In this document: positions 21,201 to 29,281 of the stretch, one piece after another
Position numbering within the stretch: position 1 is the first letter of the stretch
Layout: every line of letters starts with the position of its first letter
Source of the DNA: a bacterium UBP8_UBA817
GTDB taxonomy: Bacteria; Margulisbacteria; Marinamargulisbacteria; SXXA01; SICP01
DNA length: 64,000 nt
Assembly (NCBI GenBank): GCA_945898045.1
Contig: CAMDGG010000001.1
Location: 36,148 to 100,147, forward strand
Reading direction: 5' to 3'
The notes under the pieces: generated by a model
Databases searched by the model: none
What the model saw: the letters and a program-made list of their open reading frames with translations, nothing else
Told to the model about the DNA's origin: nothing
Program-made: the position numbers and the translations under genes

Positions 21201-24200
21201 CCGAACGTCAACGCGCCTCTCTTGAGGCGTATTACACTGATGTGATGAAGACAACAAAAGGTTTGATTGACAACCCAGATACTGCGGATACTATCAAAGA
21301 AATCCATCAACATGCACAAGATCAACTGCGCCTTCTCTCAGCACAGGCTCCCACAGCCCCTGGCAAAGATACTGTTGCAACGCGCTTAGCAGGCGATATT
21401 CGTACAAACTTGTTCAAACTAGATTCTGCGGGCAACGCAGATCCGTCCAAAGCTGCAAAATCAATGGTATCAAATTCATTCCAAGCACGAGATCGTGGTC
21501 GCGATACCTTCTCAAAGATTACCACTTCCAGCACAGCCGCTCCAAATTCTCCGCAACAAAACGCCTTGGAAGCAGTTAAAAATTTCCGGGATAATATACT
21601 GGATGACAGCACCATAAGACCTGAAACTATGTTACAACATCTAAACACAAGTGTTGTAGGTAGTATAAATACGCTTACCGAAGGCGTAGATGCGCTGGGC
21701 AACCCAGCAGACCGACAATGGATGCGTACAGTGGGAGATTTAGCCCTTCTTTCACATGAAAAAGACATAGATGAGTTTGCAAAAAAAACTGGTTCTGAGG
21801 GTGCCCATGCAAGAGCGCTCCAGGGTCCCCTCAAAGAAGCCAAAGCTCGTGTGATGAAAACTTATTTATTGAATGCTACAGCAGATCAAATTAATACTTT
21901 TTCGAAAGATCCGAAGCGCGTCCAAATGCTTGCGGATATGTTGCCCGACATTGTCTTATCGAGAGAAGAAAAAACCATGCTGAATCCTACAGGCTCCAGA
22001 GAAACCTTGACCGACAAAACCCAAACTAGCCTCGATAAAGATGGGGTAGCTATTCTCACAAAATTACTTAGCTCTGGTACGGACTATGAAGCCACTCGCC
22101 CGCTGATGCCAAAAATTTTAGATCTTTTAGATACACCTATGGGAAATGCTGATCGCACCTCTTTAGAACCCCTTGTTGAAAAGCGTCTCACTCAGCAACT
22201 GTCCACACTTTCGAATACAGATACGGCTGCATTAAATGAAACGGCTCAACAACTTTTGCAATTCCAGAACCATCAAGGAGGTGACGCCCTAGAACCTACT
22301 CAAGAACTCAAAGAAACGTTGGTGAAATTACTGCCGCCCGGAAATTCTGCGATTCAGTACATAAAAGATGCCACTTCCTACAAAGAACTTAATCGTATCC
22401 TAAAAACTGTTACAGACCCTTCATTAGATAAAATAAAAGGGCATTTAGCTACCCTTGAGACAAAAGAAACTGCTTTTAAACAAGATCAGACGTTGGGAGA
22501 AAAACTTAAAGCTGGTGAAGCTATAGCCGACCATTCTGACGCGATAAATGAAATGATGAAAGATCCAAAACGCATGGAGGCCTTTAAAAAATCGCATGGC
22601 CCTCAGTATCTTGAAATTCTTACTTCAATGCCCCGGAAACAATTACAAAAATTAAGCGATTCTCAAATAGATAGCTCCACTACCGTCTTAGCACACCCTG
22701 ATCTTTCTCTGCTTTTAAATGGGACTAACAAAGACATTTTGGCTGGATATATGAATGGCGATCTCTCTTTATTTTTAGCCGCCACGCCAAAAGAACAAGC
22801 TGTTATGTTGCCTTTGTTGAATCTTGACCCAGGTAAATTCTCAACCTTGATGGAAAATGTAGAGAGTAAGACTCTCCCCCCAGCTGATCTTAAGGCTCTT
22901 CAAGATGGAAAAATATTGAATAAACAAGGGTTTATTCATCCCGAATTCTTATTGCCCGATGGCAATGGACTTAATCCAGTAGGGGCGGCAGCCGTGAGTG
23001 ATCTTTTGCCAACAAATTCCGCCTCAATTATTCAGGAATTGAATGCTGCAGCCTCAGGGGTTGAGTCTCGAGAAAAACTTGTAGATACCCTCCAGAAGGA
23101 GGTGCGTAATTCTTCTAATATCTCCTCACAAGAAATGCAATCCAGCCTTCAAACGCTACAAAAAATTAAATCAAAACTCCAAAATCGTACACAGGATGCC
23201 TTTGGCCAGCTAGCCGATATGGCAAATACAGCTCAAAAACAAGCGATGGACAAGGACGTCCAACCCTATCATGAAACTGTTGCAAAAATGGCTGGCACGT
23301 TGCAAAACATGCAACCTGAACTTCTTAAATTGGGCGTATCCCAAGACGCTATCGACAAACTCAAATCAAATGATCCCGATACATTACAGTTTGAAATACT
23401 AGATATCTTAAAAACTGCAAGAGCGAATGCAGGTGGTGGAGAGCAAATACAACTCGACAAGATCACGCAACAATTATCTACAGCTGTTTTTGCGTATGCA
23501 CTTGATCCTAAAGTTCAAGAACGTACAGCTGTCAAAGAAAATCTACAAAAGTTTTTAGGAACTTTATCTAAAGACGCAAAGAATCCTATTGCGATATTAT
23601 TAAAAAACTCTGACAGCCCTGAGCTTTTGGATGGCATACTCACTCTATGTAAGGGCAAAGATAATGAAGCCATGCTTGCTGCTGTACTGCCTTTATGTTT
23701 TACAGACGCAACTATAAAAATAGATCCTGACAAAACAAAACCTGTAGACGCAAAGACACTTCAACTGATGTCCTTACTTCAAAGTAATCAAGAAGCCGGA
23801 AAAGATGCTGGAATTGCAATTTTGAATACATTATCACCAGATAAACAAGTCGATATACTGAATCTACTTTATAGCGGCACCAATCCTAATGGGAGCGCAC
23901 GCGATATCGCTGCACTGCTTCCTAAGACAACAGGCCCAGACAACAGCCCCATCGCCCTATCTAAATTACCTTTTTCTGATCTGCACGAAGAAGGATTGGC
24001 TCGGTTACTTCCTGTTTTAAACAAAATGGCATTAGCCACAGCGAAAAATATTATTCCTCAGCTAAAAATCATGACCGATCCAAATCTAGAACCCTACGCC
24101 AACCAAATGAGTTTGCTGTTAAGTTCAGAATTACAGACCCCCGCGGGATTAAGAAGGATTACAGAATTAGAAGTCACTTCAAAGTTAATGAAAAAGGCGA

Positions 24201-27200
24201 CTACTAACCCCGCTCAGTTTCAGACAGACCTAGCTGATAAAATTTTAAAGACACCTATTGAATCGGATTTCTCATCTACATTTTCTATGCTCATGAGTGA
24301 TCAAGCGTCTCAGCAACAAATCATCTCTCTGATGAATGCAAATCCTGCTGTACGTGATCGATTGGTTTCTTTTGTAACATCTGACCAGTCAGGAACAATG
24401 ATTAGCTCAAGGACACTAAATAGCATGATGCAAAGCACTCAATTTAAAGCGGCTGTTACAAAGAACATAGGCTCCAACAAAGATGTCTCAGGCGAACGTG
24501 CGGATTTGCTGTACCACGCCTTGAGATTGTCTAGCGCTAAAGGTATTAGACAAAAAGAGTCCATGACTTTTGAGTCTAGTCCCGATAAGGGAAAGGCCAC
24601 TATAGGTAAGATGATGCAGCTGTCATTACAAGATGGCAAAACGTCTGACCTACGTAATTTCTTCCTCCGTGACACAGCAACTAAAAATATGGTTCTTGAT
24701 CATATTGCAGATGGTCTCGCAGGCACTCCTGGAGCGATTCTTTCTAAACAACAAGCCATGAAAGCGCTCAATGTACTGTATACCCCTGAGATGGCGGTTG
24801 GCGCTCTGGAAAAAGGATTTAAAGCACAATATGCACTCGCAACAAATCCACAAGAAAAAAATGCGGCTATAGACTCCTTTTTGAAAGAGACTCTCCAAAA
24901 TCCAGATTTCTTATCGTCTCTCCCCCCTGCTCAGCGGAATAACATGATGGGGCAAGTGATGCGATCCGTTACAGCCTGGGTTGGCAAAAACGATGCGGGT
25001 ATCAAAGCAACACTAGATGGACTCGCAAACGTAGCCAATGATCCAAACCATACTGCTCCTGAACATGTCAGGGAACAAGCGAAAGAGATTACACTGCAGT
25101 TCAAAGACGAAACTGAGAAAGCGCAGTTTAGTAATGCAGAACAAACTCTGGAAATAGAATATGCTAATGCAACAGATGCCACCGAAAAAAATGCAGCTAT
25201 AGATAAATTTTTGAAAGCTAGCCAAGCTTTTCTAGCCTCTGCCTCCCCTGACAATGTCAATGATAGGATCGACCACGTCTTCGACAATATTTCTGATTTG
25301 ACAAAAGAACCCTCTCTGAAAATAGCTGTGATCAATTCTTTTATACAACAGACTATTTTAGATAAAGATTTCTTAAAAAATATGCCCGATGACAACAGAA
25401 ATAAACTCATCGAAAAAGTCTTAAATAATATCACCACCTTGCTGGAAGATCCTCACGCAGCAAAAACTATGCTCACCTATCTATCCACCCAAACAAACGC
25501 GGCCCCCCATGTGGCCACCCATGCAAAATCACTCTTGCAATCAGGCGCAGCAGCGCCCACTGCCTCTACATTATTGGCCGATTTACAAAACACACCAGAG
25601 TTTAAGACGAAGTGGGCGTCTGACCCAGCCTATAGAGAAACGATGTTGAAAGAGATGACGGAAGGCCTCAAAGCCTCTCCTCCAGACCCCATGATACTAG
25701 CCCTTGCAAGCCCGGGGATAGATGGCACGCGTCCACTAGATTCCCTACTAAACGATACGTACCCTTCGCCCAAGGAACGTGCTGCTCGACAACGTTTCTT
25801 GGATAAACTTTATGAAGCCAAAACCAAAGATCCCTCTTTCAAGATTAAAGAAAAGGCAGAATTTGCTATGTGGATTGGAAAACACCAACCCGCCGGCAGT
25901 ATCTCTGCTACACAATTTGTGGATTCAAAAAAGGGATTAACCCTAGAACAATCCCAAGATATCCACACAACGCTGAAAGACAATGGCTTTTTGGATGCGT
26001 CGGGTCGCGTGACACGTATGTTGGATTCTACAACCGTATCGGAGATCAAAGCCCTGTTTTCTACGTCTCTATCACCCGACCAAATCCAAGGTGTTTTGAG
26101 CACTCTAACTACGGCATCTTCTGGATCTCCTGCTAGCCAAACGTCCTTTTTGGTGAATGATTTATTGCCCAAGTTTGACCCTTCTTATAAAGCACATAAA
26201 AAGGGCTATACGAAGCAATTAACGGCTGCTTGTCAATCCGTTATGGATAGCAAAGATTTGTCGGATCAGCAGAAATTGGAATGGTTAAAAGTCTTGTCTA
26301 AACAAGGAAACGAAAAACATGAAACAGCTGCTTTAAAGGCGCTACACACCTATACGAACAAGATGGCTTCAACAGCAGTTACGAAAGAAGAAAAAGCTGC
26401 TGCAGCCGCGCAAAAAGCTATTTTTACGGAGCTATTGGCTTTTTCTATCACCTCTCAACCGAGCGTCTATCTTACTCAAGCCAATAACCAAATATCCCCC
26501 ATGGGTCAATTGTTAAAGACAATTGTTGAGAACGATCTTAATGATCCCGCGAATCCAGGGTCCGTTGTCTTTGGATTAACTTCTGCACTACAGAAAACAC
26601 CGTATCCAATGTTTGTGATTGATACAGCGCTGGAGTATGTGTATCTCTCGAAAAGCACATTTACGGATAAGCGTGAACATTACAGAAGCGTTTTTAAAAC
26701 GATGCTCAGAAAAGCTGCTGTGGAAAACAATGTCGGTGTAATGAACGCGCTACACGTCATGGGTAGCCATCTTGCTTATCAAGGACAAAGTGTCACATTT
26801 CTCCACGAGGTCTTATCTGAAACCAATACATTTACGCAAGGGGAATTATTGGGGATATCAGATTTGTCGCCGGTAAAAAAAGGGGAGTCCACGGCATCAT
26901 TGCAAGCGCGAGCTAAAGACGATGCAGCGCGTGCAACCAAAGCATCTGATTTCTTATTAAAGCGCCTCTCTGCCCATGATAACGGATTTTTAACTTACGA
27001 CAAGGCCTCTAAAACCTATATCCGTACAGCCAAAGAATTAACATCTCCTGATGAGCTCAAATTAGACGACTTTTTTCGAAATAAAGACTTCTTCCCTACA
27101 CCACCCACCCAGGCAGATCGCACTCGAATTTTAAATTCAATGGTCAATGAATTAAGTGCGGGACCTCGACTTATTAGCTCAATGGTTAGCGCCGCTAAAT

Positions 27201-29281
27201 CTGAGCCTGATTATCAACTGATTCGGTCACACAAAGAAAGTATGCCCGACGCGGCAAATGCTTTAGATCCCAAAAAGGCACTCCCTAGCGCCAAAGACCC
27301 ACAAAGTTATCGTCAGGAACTACACTCCATTAATAATTATTTATTAAGCCAAGGCCCTGCGGGTGCAGCTCTTAAAACTGTGATGGACGCTAGAGTTATG
27401 GCAGAATCTCCTAAGATCGGTCACGACATAGGCAAGAGTCTGACTACCGACTTACTTTCTACCCCTGTATCACAAATCTCATCGGAATTAATGGCGGGCA
27501 CGGCTGTATTGCGCGATAGTGATTTTACAAGTACTGGCACACTAGAGAAACTTATTTCTACCGGATATATTGATTCAAAGACTGGCAGAGTAACTGAGAA
27601 ATTTATGACGCTAGAGCCACCACACGACAAAGGTCCGTTACCTGGTCTTGAAGGCGAGTTTTTGGGGCAACATCAAGCTATTCGGGATAAATTAACACAG
27701 GCGGCGGGTAGGCAAGCAGAAGGTTCTCAACGGTCTCAAGAAATCTTAAAAGCCTTAATTCCTGCGAATGCCGAAAAATTGTATAAATCTATCCATACCC
27801 TCGCCCCGGATTCTCAATTATATCGTCAATTGGCAGTAACGGGACATGCGCTGGTTAAAGAACTCGCTAGCCAAGCCGATGCGCTTGCTGCAGAGAAGAA
27901 CAACGCTACGGACCCTGTCAAATTACGACACATCGCATCCCAAGAAGAAACCCTTAAATCACATCTAGAAACTTTATATATTGGTGCGCCAAGTATGTTT
28001 ATGGGCGCACTAAAGACTACTGGCAGTTCAGAAGCTTCGGCAAGAACTTTAATGGGAATGAAAGGTGCAGGGTCCATTACGCAAACTTTTGATGCAGCCA
28101 AAACTGCCGCTGCAAGAGTCAAAACCGTCGATCCCGCAGCAAAGAGACCTGACAACCCTATCTTAGAAGCGTTTAAACCCATTGCAAATCATAACTCCCC
28201 CAAAGAATTTGCCTTGGCGTTACGCGCTACGGATTCTCTTCCAGAAACTAAAATACAACAAGTTCCAGTTCCAGGAAAACCAACACCTCCAGATAAAACA
28301 CTGATGGATAATTTTAAAGCGGCTCTTGGGAAGCAGCAGAAACAAGATGGTTTAGCGTCAAAATCTGAGGCATTTATCCGTTATTTTGGGTTTCAAGATG
28401 CCGATAGGCAAGAAGTGGCAGATGCGTTGCGTATCTTAGAATTCACCTCTCCAGATATGACCGGCAAAGAGCACCCAGAGTCTATGGCTAAGGACATACA
28501 AACCCTGCATGAAACACTCCCTGTGTTTGCTGGTGAAGGCACTGTCACCGTCAATAAAGGCGCGATGCAACATGCGATGGGATTAACTGGAGAAGATGGT
28601 GTGGCTGATCGTGTGTTTAACGCCTTGAAAGATACTGGGATGATTACAATGTCGGGCAACACCGTTGAGATTCCTAGTAAGCCCTTCACAAAAGCACAGT
28701 GGGACGCACTGAATGCGCACCTAAAATCTAAAGATCCTCTGAACACGCTTCAACTTTCGGATAAAAAAACAGACTTTCTTTTGTCAGATGCAAAAAAAGC
28801 CTTTGAGTCACGTCAAGAAAATCTTGATAGCACCAAGATTCTCTCTGCAGTTCAGACACTTTATGTTGACGAAAAGGGGAATTTGACTAAGGCGAAACTA
28901 AAGAAAGATTTCCCTGTTTTTGAAACTAATCCAGATAAATTAGAAACATTAAAATTTGAGCTTGCCATACACGGGTTGGAGTCGTCCAACAAAGATGTTC
29001 AAGCTGCAGCTGTTCAGTCGTTGGTTACAAAGAATGAACATAAGGGTTTTCGTGAGCAAATGGTGGAACGGGATAAAACACAGCCCGAATTAAAACTTCG
29101 AGAAAAGCTAGAAACTGCAATGAAAAGTACAACAGGATTGGCTCGGAAAGACATTACGACACTTGAACCAAAAGCTACGGATGAACCTACTCATGTAAAT
29201 GCAGCGTTTGCAAAGTTTGATGAACAGCCAAATCCTACTCTATCTGATTTGAAAGCATTGGTTATAGGTTTGCAGACATGA
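9272..29281 (+). CDS. Giant 6669-aa protein: N-terminal transglutaminase-like cysteine protease domain, degenerate helical/hydrophobic repeats, long helical body
   Basis: Uninterrupted 20-kb ORF with a GAGGGAG RBS. VLAYVQDHFSYIQD..DHW...ETL..KGGDCEDLA (Cys244), GHTIV (His291), LALDAT (Asp307). Confidence 0.9.
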   Translation: MSAFPNNINQNSDAFRVIKNPLYPMGLPEGFSAPTNQISDLSYIDELALSLPKGAIDDLFLRNKLLSILDAEAVQGAAQSLCRDYLLHGTSALHSPEDSQQVLRFLTELQHPARALKCGLSFEHLELLHTAAKGIEQLESLPQLSQIPNVGESIRDSLIDEAGFSDAELTFRRRAQLVDANASELVSLTNGLFQMGILYVGMSTSETAATVLAYVQDHFSYIQDGADDHWNTIAETLKQKGGDCEDLAMLTSSLLMQVLKHQGFSDDAVHHMVTVSSGYIATDEGPTKIGHTIVRFKDPSGETLALDATSKNKPLLFSDIPFDEVLRFNDKKFVQLQTIDPFFETAAQVNFRINLAEGTTFAASDSQINEAQKSILYSINKSAERLQEHASLKIKIPRLRHGNLYQAMSVEGYKPIIPQTILPNGDFTAQRANMPGATFGFLELLQSDFIPRTVDATKIYYDTLVDALYLKDSKQAMVNAGYSNTSGVYKTFNVITGKYNSLTGSEFTALPPDAVVYRSLLAYQEIGSGLGHISPSTFRRDLANVDSDGHAIDPTSNFIGGPDEFFNIRKVRVEINSAVDSFDMYTIQIKEERFFHYIEDIRQFVNKLTGLFLISASYLELLQIAAREIGDQSLNDEEKQAANARRQDEDKQHNKFAEIIGKWQDKMGQGVRDIEHELNNFIRATNESEAARVGFLVDMYPRKIDEAGKEDAGTIVANVFTGIGTDLTDEFTGAFTQAKSTAKFNLSIVQTSLSAFNAQAGLSITERISKHIDLWDAEHGHAETEEAITGNINNPLYFGRSTYDVQYGSSSFQALSKRTSRNAIIENIQFVKNTDLAEILGIIEDKNNFSPAAAGAAGAIELNLGANRTEIQQNAGAGPSRLFNEAPNVKNDAGAGADPVIPNLVTDAPTNNEPNVSMLAKVNNLKIKMETIQSQITNAATLNPPLTQTQIAVLQSDLLAADAKLDDTMGITKQRQAIVDTTKRLNAITADPTLPPGPNFYAPAIKYASIAEETADLTKILNGTPGVQPSLQKKLDDMLVSKAKHSVPPSEIQAADLLTKENLDKVNAQVSGQSPDIPAAAGGSERYFFDYNMPRQATMRRDLIQYQNFMRAALIAKQNLTGKIKEEAAKLGDSQGSGSETILRRYASQALEADLSIQYGAFDNAMQETFQLGSLLNELATHQLEYYRATQMAAMKATKFALQLVVEATSMAAGNALSPLSTLAFADPFYFSYLFNTVATQAVDTLGAGWEMGIDKATAEYYRPTIMQLSDTEFNTAYTNQKLNSQSIKTFDQATLDSKKTLDLFSQDSFQFFEHATDSLLLHTQNLFNPVVTRSFTKDGGTASGNTYKDTVPIFIQDRHDGFYVTDGYEMYLREGPSRTSKDLSIPRSEAATNFEQPLWSYFAKIKMYMFVLYALYDAVETILGDMFGTQKSSNIQKFDGMIDSFVGYQRSLIGNFKQETSAFLQSTKQNAEKEKKIEFDIYDVASAGTKIAVAALSAFPNAGRVLVMSGNILADAAEMIRKRAAGTFAGTFAEYRDRSGSTKPAAPIVLNASLFPEYTTLDPIKEKAVIDLEVLQTIVTGFNEATLSDPLGDYTRYNPTKLKLPDPSKAPASEREAIAQDARRYLSWFELDQMESKVINEMYLKNQNDPYHPTALQYTTANFTDIIAAQTSLNNIFTIRTIYMMIEQGLLNAKQQTIKDMFGHSISSNILSKTMAIVDQYNQSQLDSINSLTQEFSSRAEAHNKYEEEVMGLEVDSAAIPIGAVAFWIVTPTPNPTGGGGSKYANWEKKIVAGKSGKQAAQSLGNLTIGLVGIISGLEKKINPIKSEFLNYEVATQQDKDRDANIKEKTDEKDKLEKKQKSGTPLTDDEKKTLSKLKNDTGPGSLASMQTAKIRSTQKRQESDSTNINMGQDQLKFVGSGQMVVQRGAKNEATSKLTRKARQAEMIQQVRLSLADAFMDSSDEMSGSKSSRSYRGVIGIINRTKGVESSQIDLMEQALEAKANESNRAMNKIVSAAVSMIAQGIEALAAKKVAKAKSGDAREKRSLKVEKNKKNIKHLEKKQADKKAQGKKLSKSDAKDLKLLQTRTKKLEAKQEKSNAKAEAKEKKSGPKPVTKADKLRNHWLGARNEFKGGSKWAKVLHTIGRVAGGVGHMLYRLLTLPIYLINKAFTVIAKVLAWKEARNNKAAAKTMKKKEDKQDKKIKAKEDKVKELSNKLNDAQEKKESGGLVVHLSDKEKASINAEISTLQTDISSMSASMQSMKMTRISLETPKVSKEQSDEGSNPNVTEIQRNAKARDQMRSKRQWRVTGHMSQILANIIADGIISASTGSNMGLAGQANLAKITDGIDGDNVLAGNDGDMGIKDTADLENATLGMQLEKANSQASTEVMRIQNRFDQAAARALRQHALDPLIKASLGMSRKQQEATIEQKKHELTDMIIRIQRRKQKGSDSNPTPVTRDDIIKEMGWKGAVAAGIMTGGIKYANAVSRFMFGNGKTYATIDTDLKDKASAKGDKSVESKLDEKINELEKMTSRTKEQDTTLVEYKNHKKLIEDVRTFEGKIRQSAEEKVKLAGQLRESGEDSSAVSNLVLSADEEKALPEMKIKLDAMNKDRKKEFGIEDASVSGWSKLGAYAKRTGFMNLLGFNVQIQSGKSVLANSKNDKQFQFAVQQLFLERRILESKIAYDEARSTDATYADQLLGQRRMRLQDAENVLTVGANLERMTEDLKGNAILEPVQKSFQELQDVTDRVLKLGTFTESDLASAMGTQDTEAVSKLFKSLVDSGYAEKAMATILVPDGVDANGNPKFSEKQVPAIMMTAKYYSRMSRHSDKNSDGTLVDPVDRLIKNAGFTDTKTAKTLLTQFSGSTEALDSIYRARNDMETAAATLMSGMTLSTTQVSTFQKALKTLSPVDLEKKLPSFIMTQGTDGVLTPVELGKTTDLSNHVPIMVVNGDPGNEELSVLWVTSSTSATEAALLEKLPKGTRLFKAETDKALLPDPNFEGSKAAEYDTAVSNVVDAMSSSNQVSVDNVAALTKLTTFLNNFTNTTATAGHAPAGSAAQAIGRSQGFNKALRAVNLATRTSMDARDDISRRLLNSGVEEDDIKAILEDLYKDELINKTTGQATNLTPDNIKAAVSKRKGDTVKAILQQSLTDQYQQRTIKDDIERRGGKTQAEYQSFLNLLDTSISLADTTYNAGGATPNTNEQNALTALKTVISAYGQKASDTANDQKRFVMGVRTSNAQVFSYDDVKFDVFGSFGKGLTGAALERLDVVAPQNRRNLAIGRAQEELGINPARAVRSLRELYKEDYIRNEAGEILYNTDMAAMANKPSAANPPVLRFNVQKAFFEDVEKAASRIHGHMNTEGGAQIAAQIVMATIDNFSQAGKEYMEEETRNFLPHLLRIFQNEAPEDAEKLIAALIAQNQNNPRGLATVMDGISRAGQTDVQFFKGLVDQNKAQRFALSVLQLNLGGQTASMGLNPTEEAAMMMEQRGIDVNKNAADFRQAIIKSENIVDIFAHTTAADLQQGGFAAIIKNDQDFVTVEEKLKAVASDKMAPDGKRFLANQALRNIYAARDKSPNTNDIDLFSGDTTLSPKEFGAIGQSGLFSKPLYGNKGVNENLEELANKLRDPKTRTQTVAALNASGGAGIRDLSILLSQANNSDVGAVRHESAGQKGFVAATAILDNLIDINSADSEAVLFKLAPVLAGPLRSSLPTQTVSKYLDQPNSQRTTDPDALIALDLTTRFKNDQASSQQFLNGVTTSNKEGVRSATPAFINELDNADDEKLRKFAALVAKSLATQSTTTGANGQDTLVGDELLATVAIPVLTEEQNKKFAGYLGEEVEKFNKHLTDGNKIDIDERINKLAARTAHEHKDKADQFRDSLNHGMLSRRPQFLLGKDLKTGLADEAKKLANKPDSSADVAALNTFNRDMVLHGDRQAAAALITELLTVTTPEAKQHANAAKRLTRSVGQLTLNPTERQRASLEAYYTDVMKTTKGLIDNPDTADTIKEIHQHAQDQLRLLSAQAPTAPGKDTVATRLAGDIRTNLFKLDSAGNADPSKAAKSMVSNSFQARDRGRDTFSKITTSSTAAPNSPQQNALEAVKNFRDNILDDSTIRPETMLQHLNTSVVGSINTLTEGVDALGNPADRQWMRTVGDLALLSHEKDIDEFAKKTGSEGAHARALQGPLKEAKARVMKTYLLNATADQINTFSKDPKRVQMLADMLPDIVLSREEKTMLNPTGSRETLTDKTQTSLDKDGVAILTKLLSSGTDYEATRPLMPKILDLLDTPMGNADRTSLEPLVEKRLTQQLSTLSNTDTAALNETAQQLLQFQNHQGGDALEPTQELKETLVKLLPPGNSAIQYIKDATSYKELNRILKTVTDPSLDKIKGHLATLETKETAFKQDQTLGEKLKAGEAIADHSDAINEMMKDPKRMEAFKKSHGPQYLEILTSMPRKQLQKLSDSQIDSSTTVLAHPDLSLLLNGTNKDILAGYMNGDLSLFLAATPKEQAVMLPLLNLDPGKFSTLMENVESKTLPPADLKALQDGKILNKQGFIHPEFLLPDGNGLNPVGAAAVSDLLPTNSASIIQELNAAASGVESREKLVDTLQKEVRNSSNISSQEMQSSLQTLQKIKSKLQNRTQDAFGQLADMANTAQKQAMDKDVQPYHETVAKMAGTLQNMQPELLKLGVSQDAIDKLKSNDPDTLQFEILDILKTARANAGGGEQIQLDKITQQLSTAVFAYALDPKVQERTAVKENLQKFLGTLSKDAKNPIAILLKNSDSPELLDGILTLCKGKDNEAMLAAVLPLCFTDATIKIDPDKTKPVDAKTLQLMSLLQSNQEAGKDAGIAILNTLSPDKQVDILNLLYSGTNPNGSARDIAALLPKTTGPDNSPIALSKLPFSDLHEEGLARLLPVLNKMALATAKNIIPQLKIMTDPNLEPYANQMSLLLSSELQTPAGLRRITELEVTSKLMKKATTNPAQFQTDLADKILKTPIESDFSSTFSMLMSDQASQQQIISLMNANPAVRDRLVSFVTSDQSGTMISSRTLNSMMQSTQFKAAVTKNIGSNKDVSGERADLLYHALRLSSAKGIRQKESMTFESSPDKGKATIGKMMQLSLQDGKTSDLRNFFLRDTATKNMVLDHIADGLAGTPGAILSKQQAMKALNVLYTPEMAVGALEKGFKAQYALATNPQEKNAAIDSFLKETLQNPDFLSSLPPAQRNNMMGQVMRSVTAWVGKNDAGIKATLDGLANVANDPNHTAPEHVREQAKEITLQFKDETEKAQFSNAEQTLEIEYANATDATEKNAAIDKFLKASQAFLASASPDNVNDRIDHVFDNISDLTKEPSLKIAVINSFIQQTILDKDFLKNMPDDNRNKLIEKVLNNITTLLEDPHAAKTMLTYLSTQTNAAPHVATHAKSLLQSGAAAPTASTLLADLQNTPEFKTKWASDPAYRETMLKEMTEGLKASPPDPMILALASPGIDGTRPLDSLLNDTYPSPKERAARQRFLDKLYEAKTKDPSFKIKEKAEFAMWIGKHQPAGSISATQFVDSKKGLTLEQSQDIHTTLKDNGFLDASGRVTRMLDSTTVSEIKALFSTSLSPDQIQGVLSTLTTASSGSPASQTSFLVNDLLPKFDPSYKAHKKGYTKQLTAACQSVMDSKDLSDQQKLEWLKVLSKQGNEKHETAALKALHTYTNKMASTAVTKEEKAAAAAQKAIFTELLAFSITSQPSVYLTQANNQISPMGQLLKTIVENDLNDPANPGSVVFGLTSALQKTPYPMFVIDTALEYVYLSKSTFTDKREHYRSVFKTMLRKAAVENNVGVMNALHVMGSHLAYQGQSVTFLHEVLSETNTFTQGELLGISDLSPVKKGESTASLQARAKDDAARATKASDFLLKRLSAHDNGFLTYDKASKTYIRTAKELTSPDELKLDDFFRNKDFFPTPPTQADRTRILNSMVNELSAGPRLISSMVSAAKSEPDYQLIRSHKESMPDAANALDPKKALPSAKDPQSYRQELHSINNYLLSQGPAGAALKTVMDARVMAESPKIGHDIGKSLTTDLLSTPVSQISSELMAGTAVLRDSDFTSTGTLEKLISTGYIDSKTGRVTEKFMTLEPPHDKGPLPGLEGEFLGQHQAIRDKLTQAAGRQAEGSQRSQEILKALIPANAEKLYKSIHTLAPDSQLYRQLAVTGHALVKELASQADALAAEKNNATDPVKLRHIASQEETLKSHLETLYIGAPSMFMGALKTTGSSEASARTLMGMKGAGSITQTFDAAKTAAARVKTVDPAAKRPDNPILEAFKPIANHNSPKEFALALRATDSLPETKIQQVPVPGKPTPPDKTLMDNFKAALGKQQKQDGLASKSEAFIRYFGFQDADRQEVADALRILEFTSPDMTGKEHPESMAKDIQTLHETLPVFAGEGTVTVNKGAMQHAMGLTGEDGVADRVFNALKDTGMITMSGNTVEIPSKPFTKAQWDALNAHLKSKDPLNTLQLSDKKTDFLLSDAKKAFESRQENLDSTKILSAVQTLYVDEKGNLTKAKLKKDFPVFETNPDKLETLKFELAIHGLESSNKDVQAAAVQSLVTKNEHKGFREQMVERDKTQPELKLREKLETAMKSTTGLARKDITTLEPKATDEPTHVNAAFAKFDEQPNPTLSDLKALVIGLQT
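13847..13872 (+). repeat. Exact 12-bp in-frame tandem duplication (AGTF-AGTF)
   Basis: GCGGGGACATTC twice, followed by GC. Confidence 0.85.

Noticed and set aside
9435-28746. Many 60-230 aa antisense and alternate-frame ORFs inside the giant gene (e.g. 18043-18711, 19981-20676)
   Set aside because: They have S/L/A/F-rich shadow composition with no RBS or motifs, as expected opposite a long coding frame.
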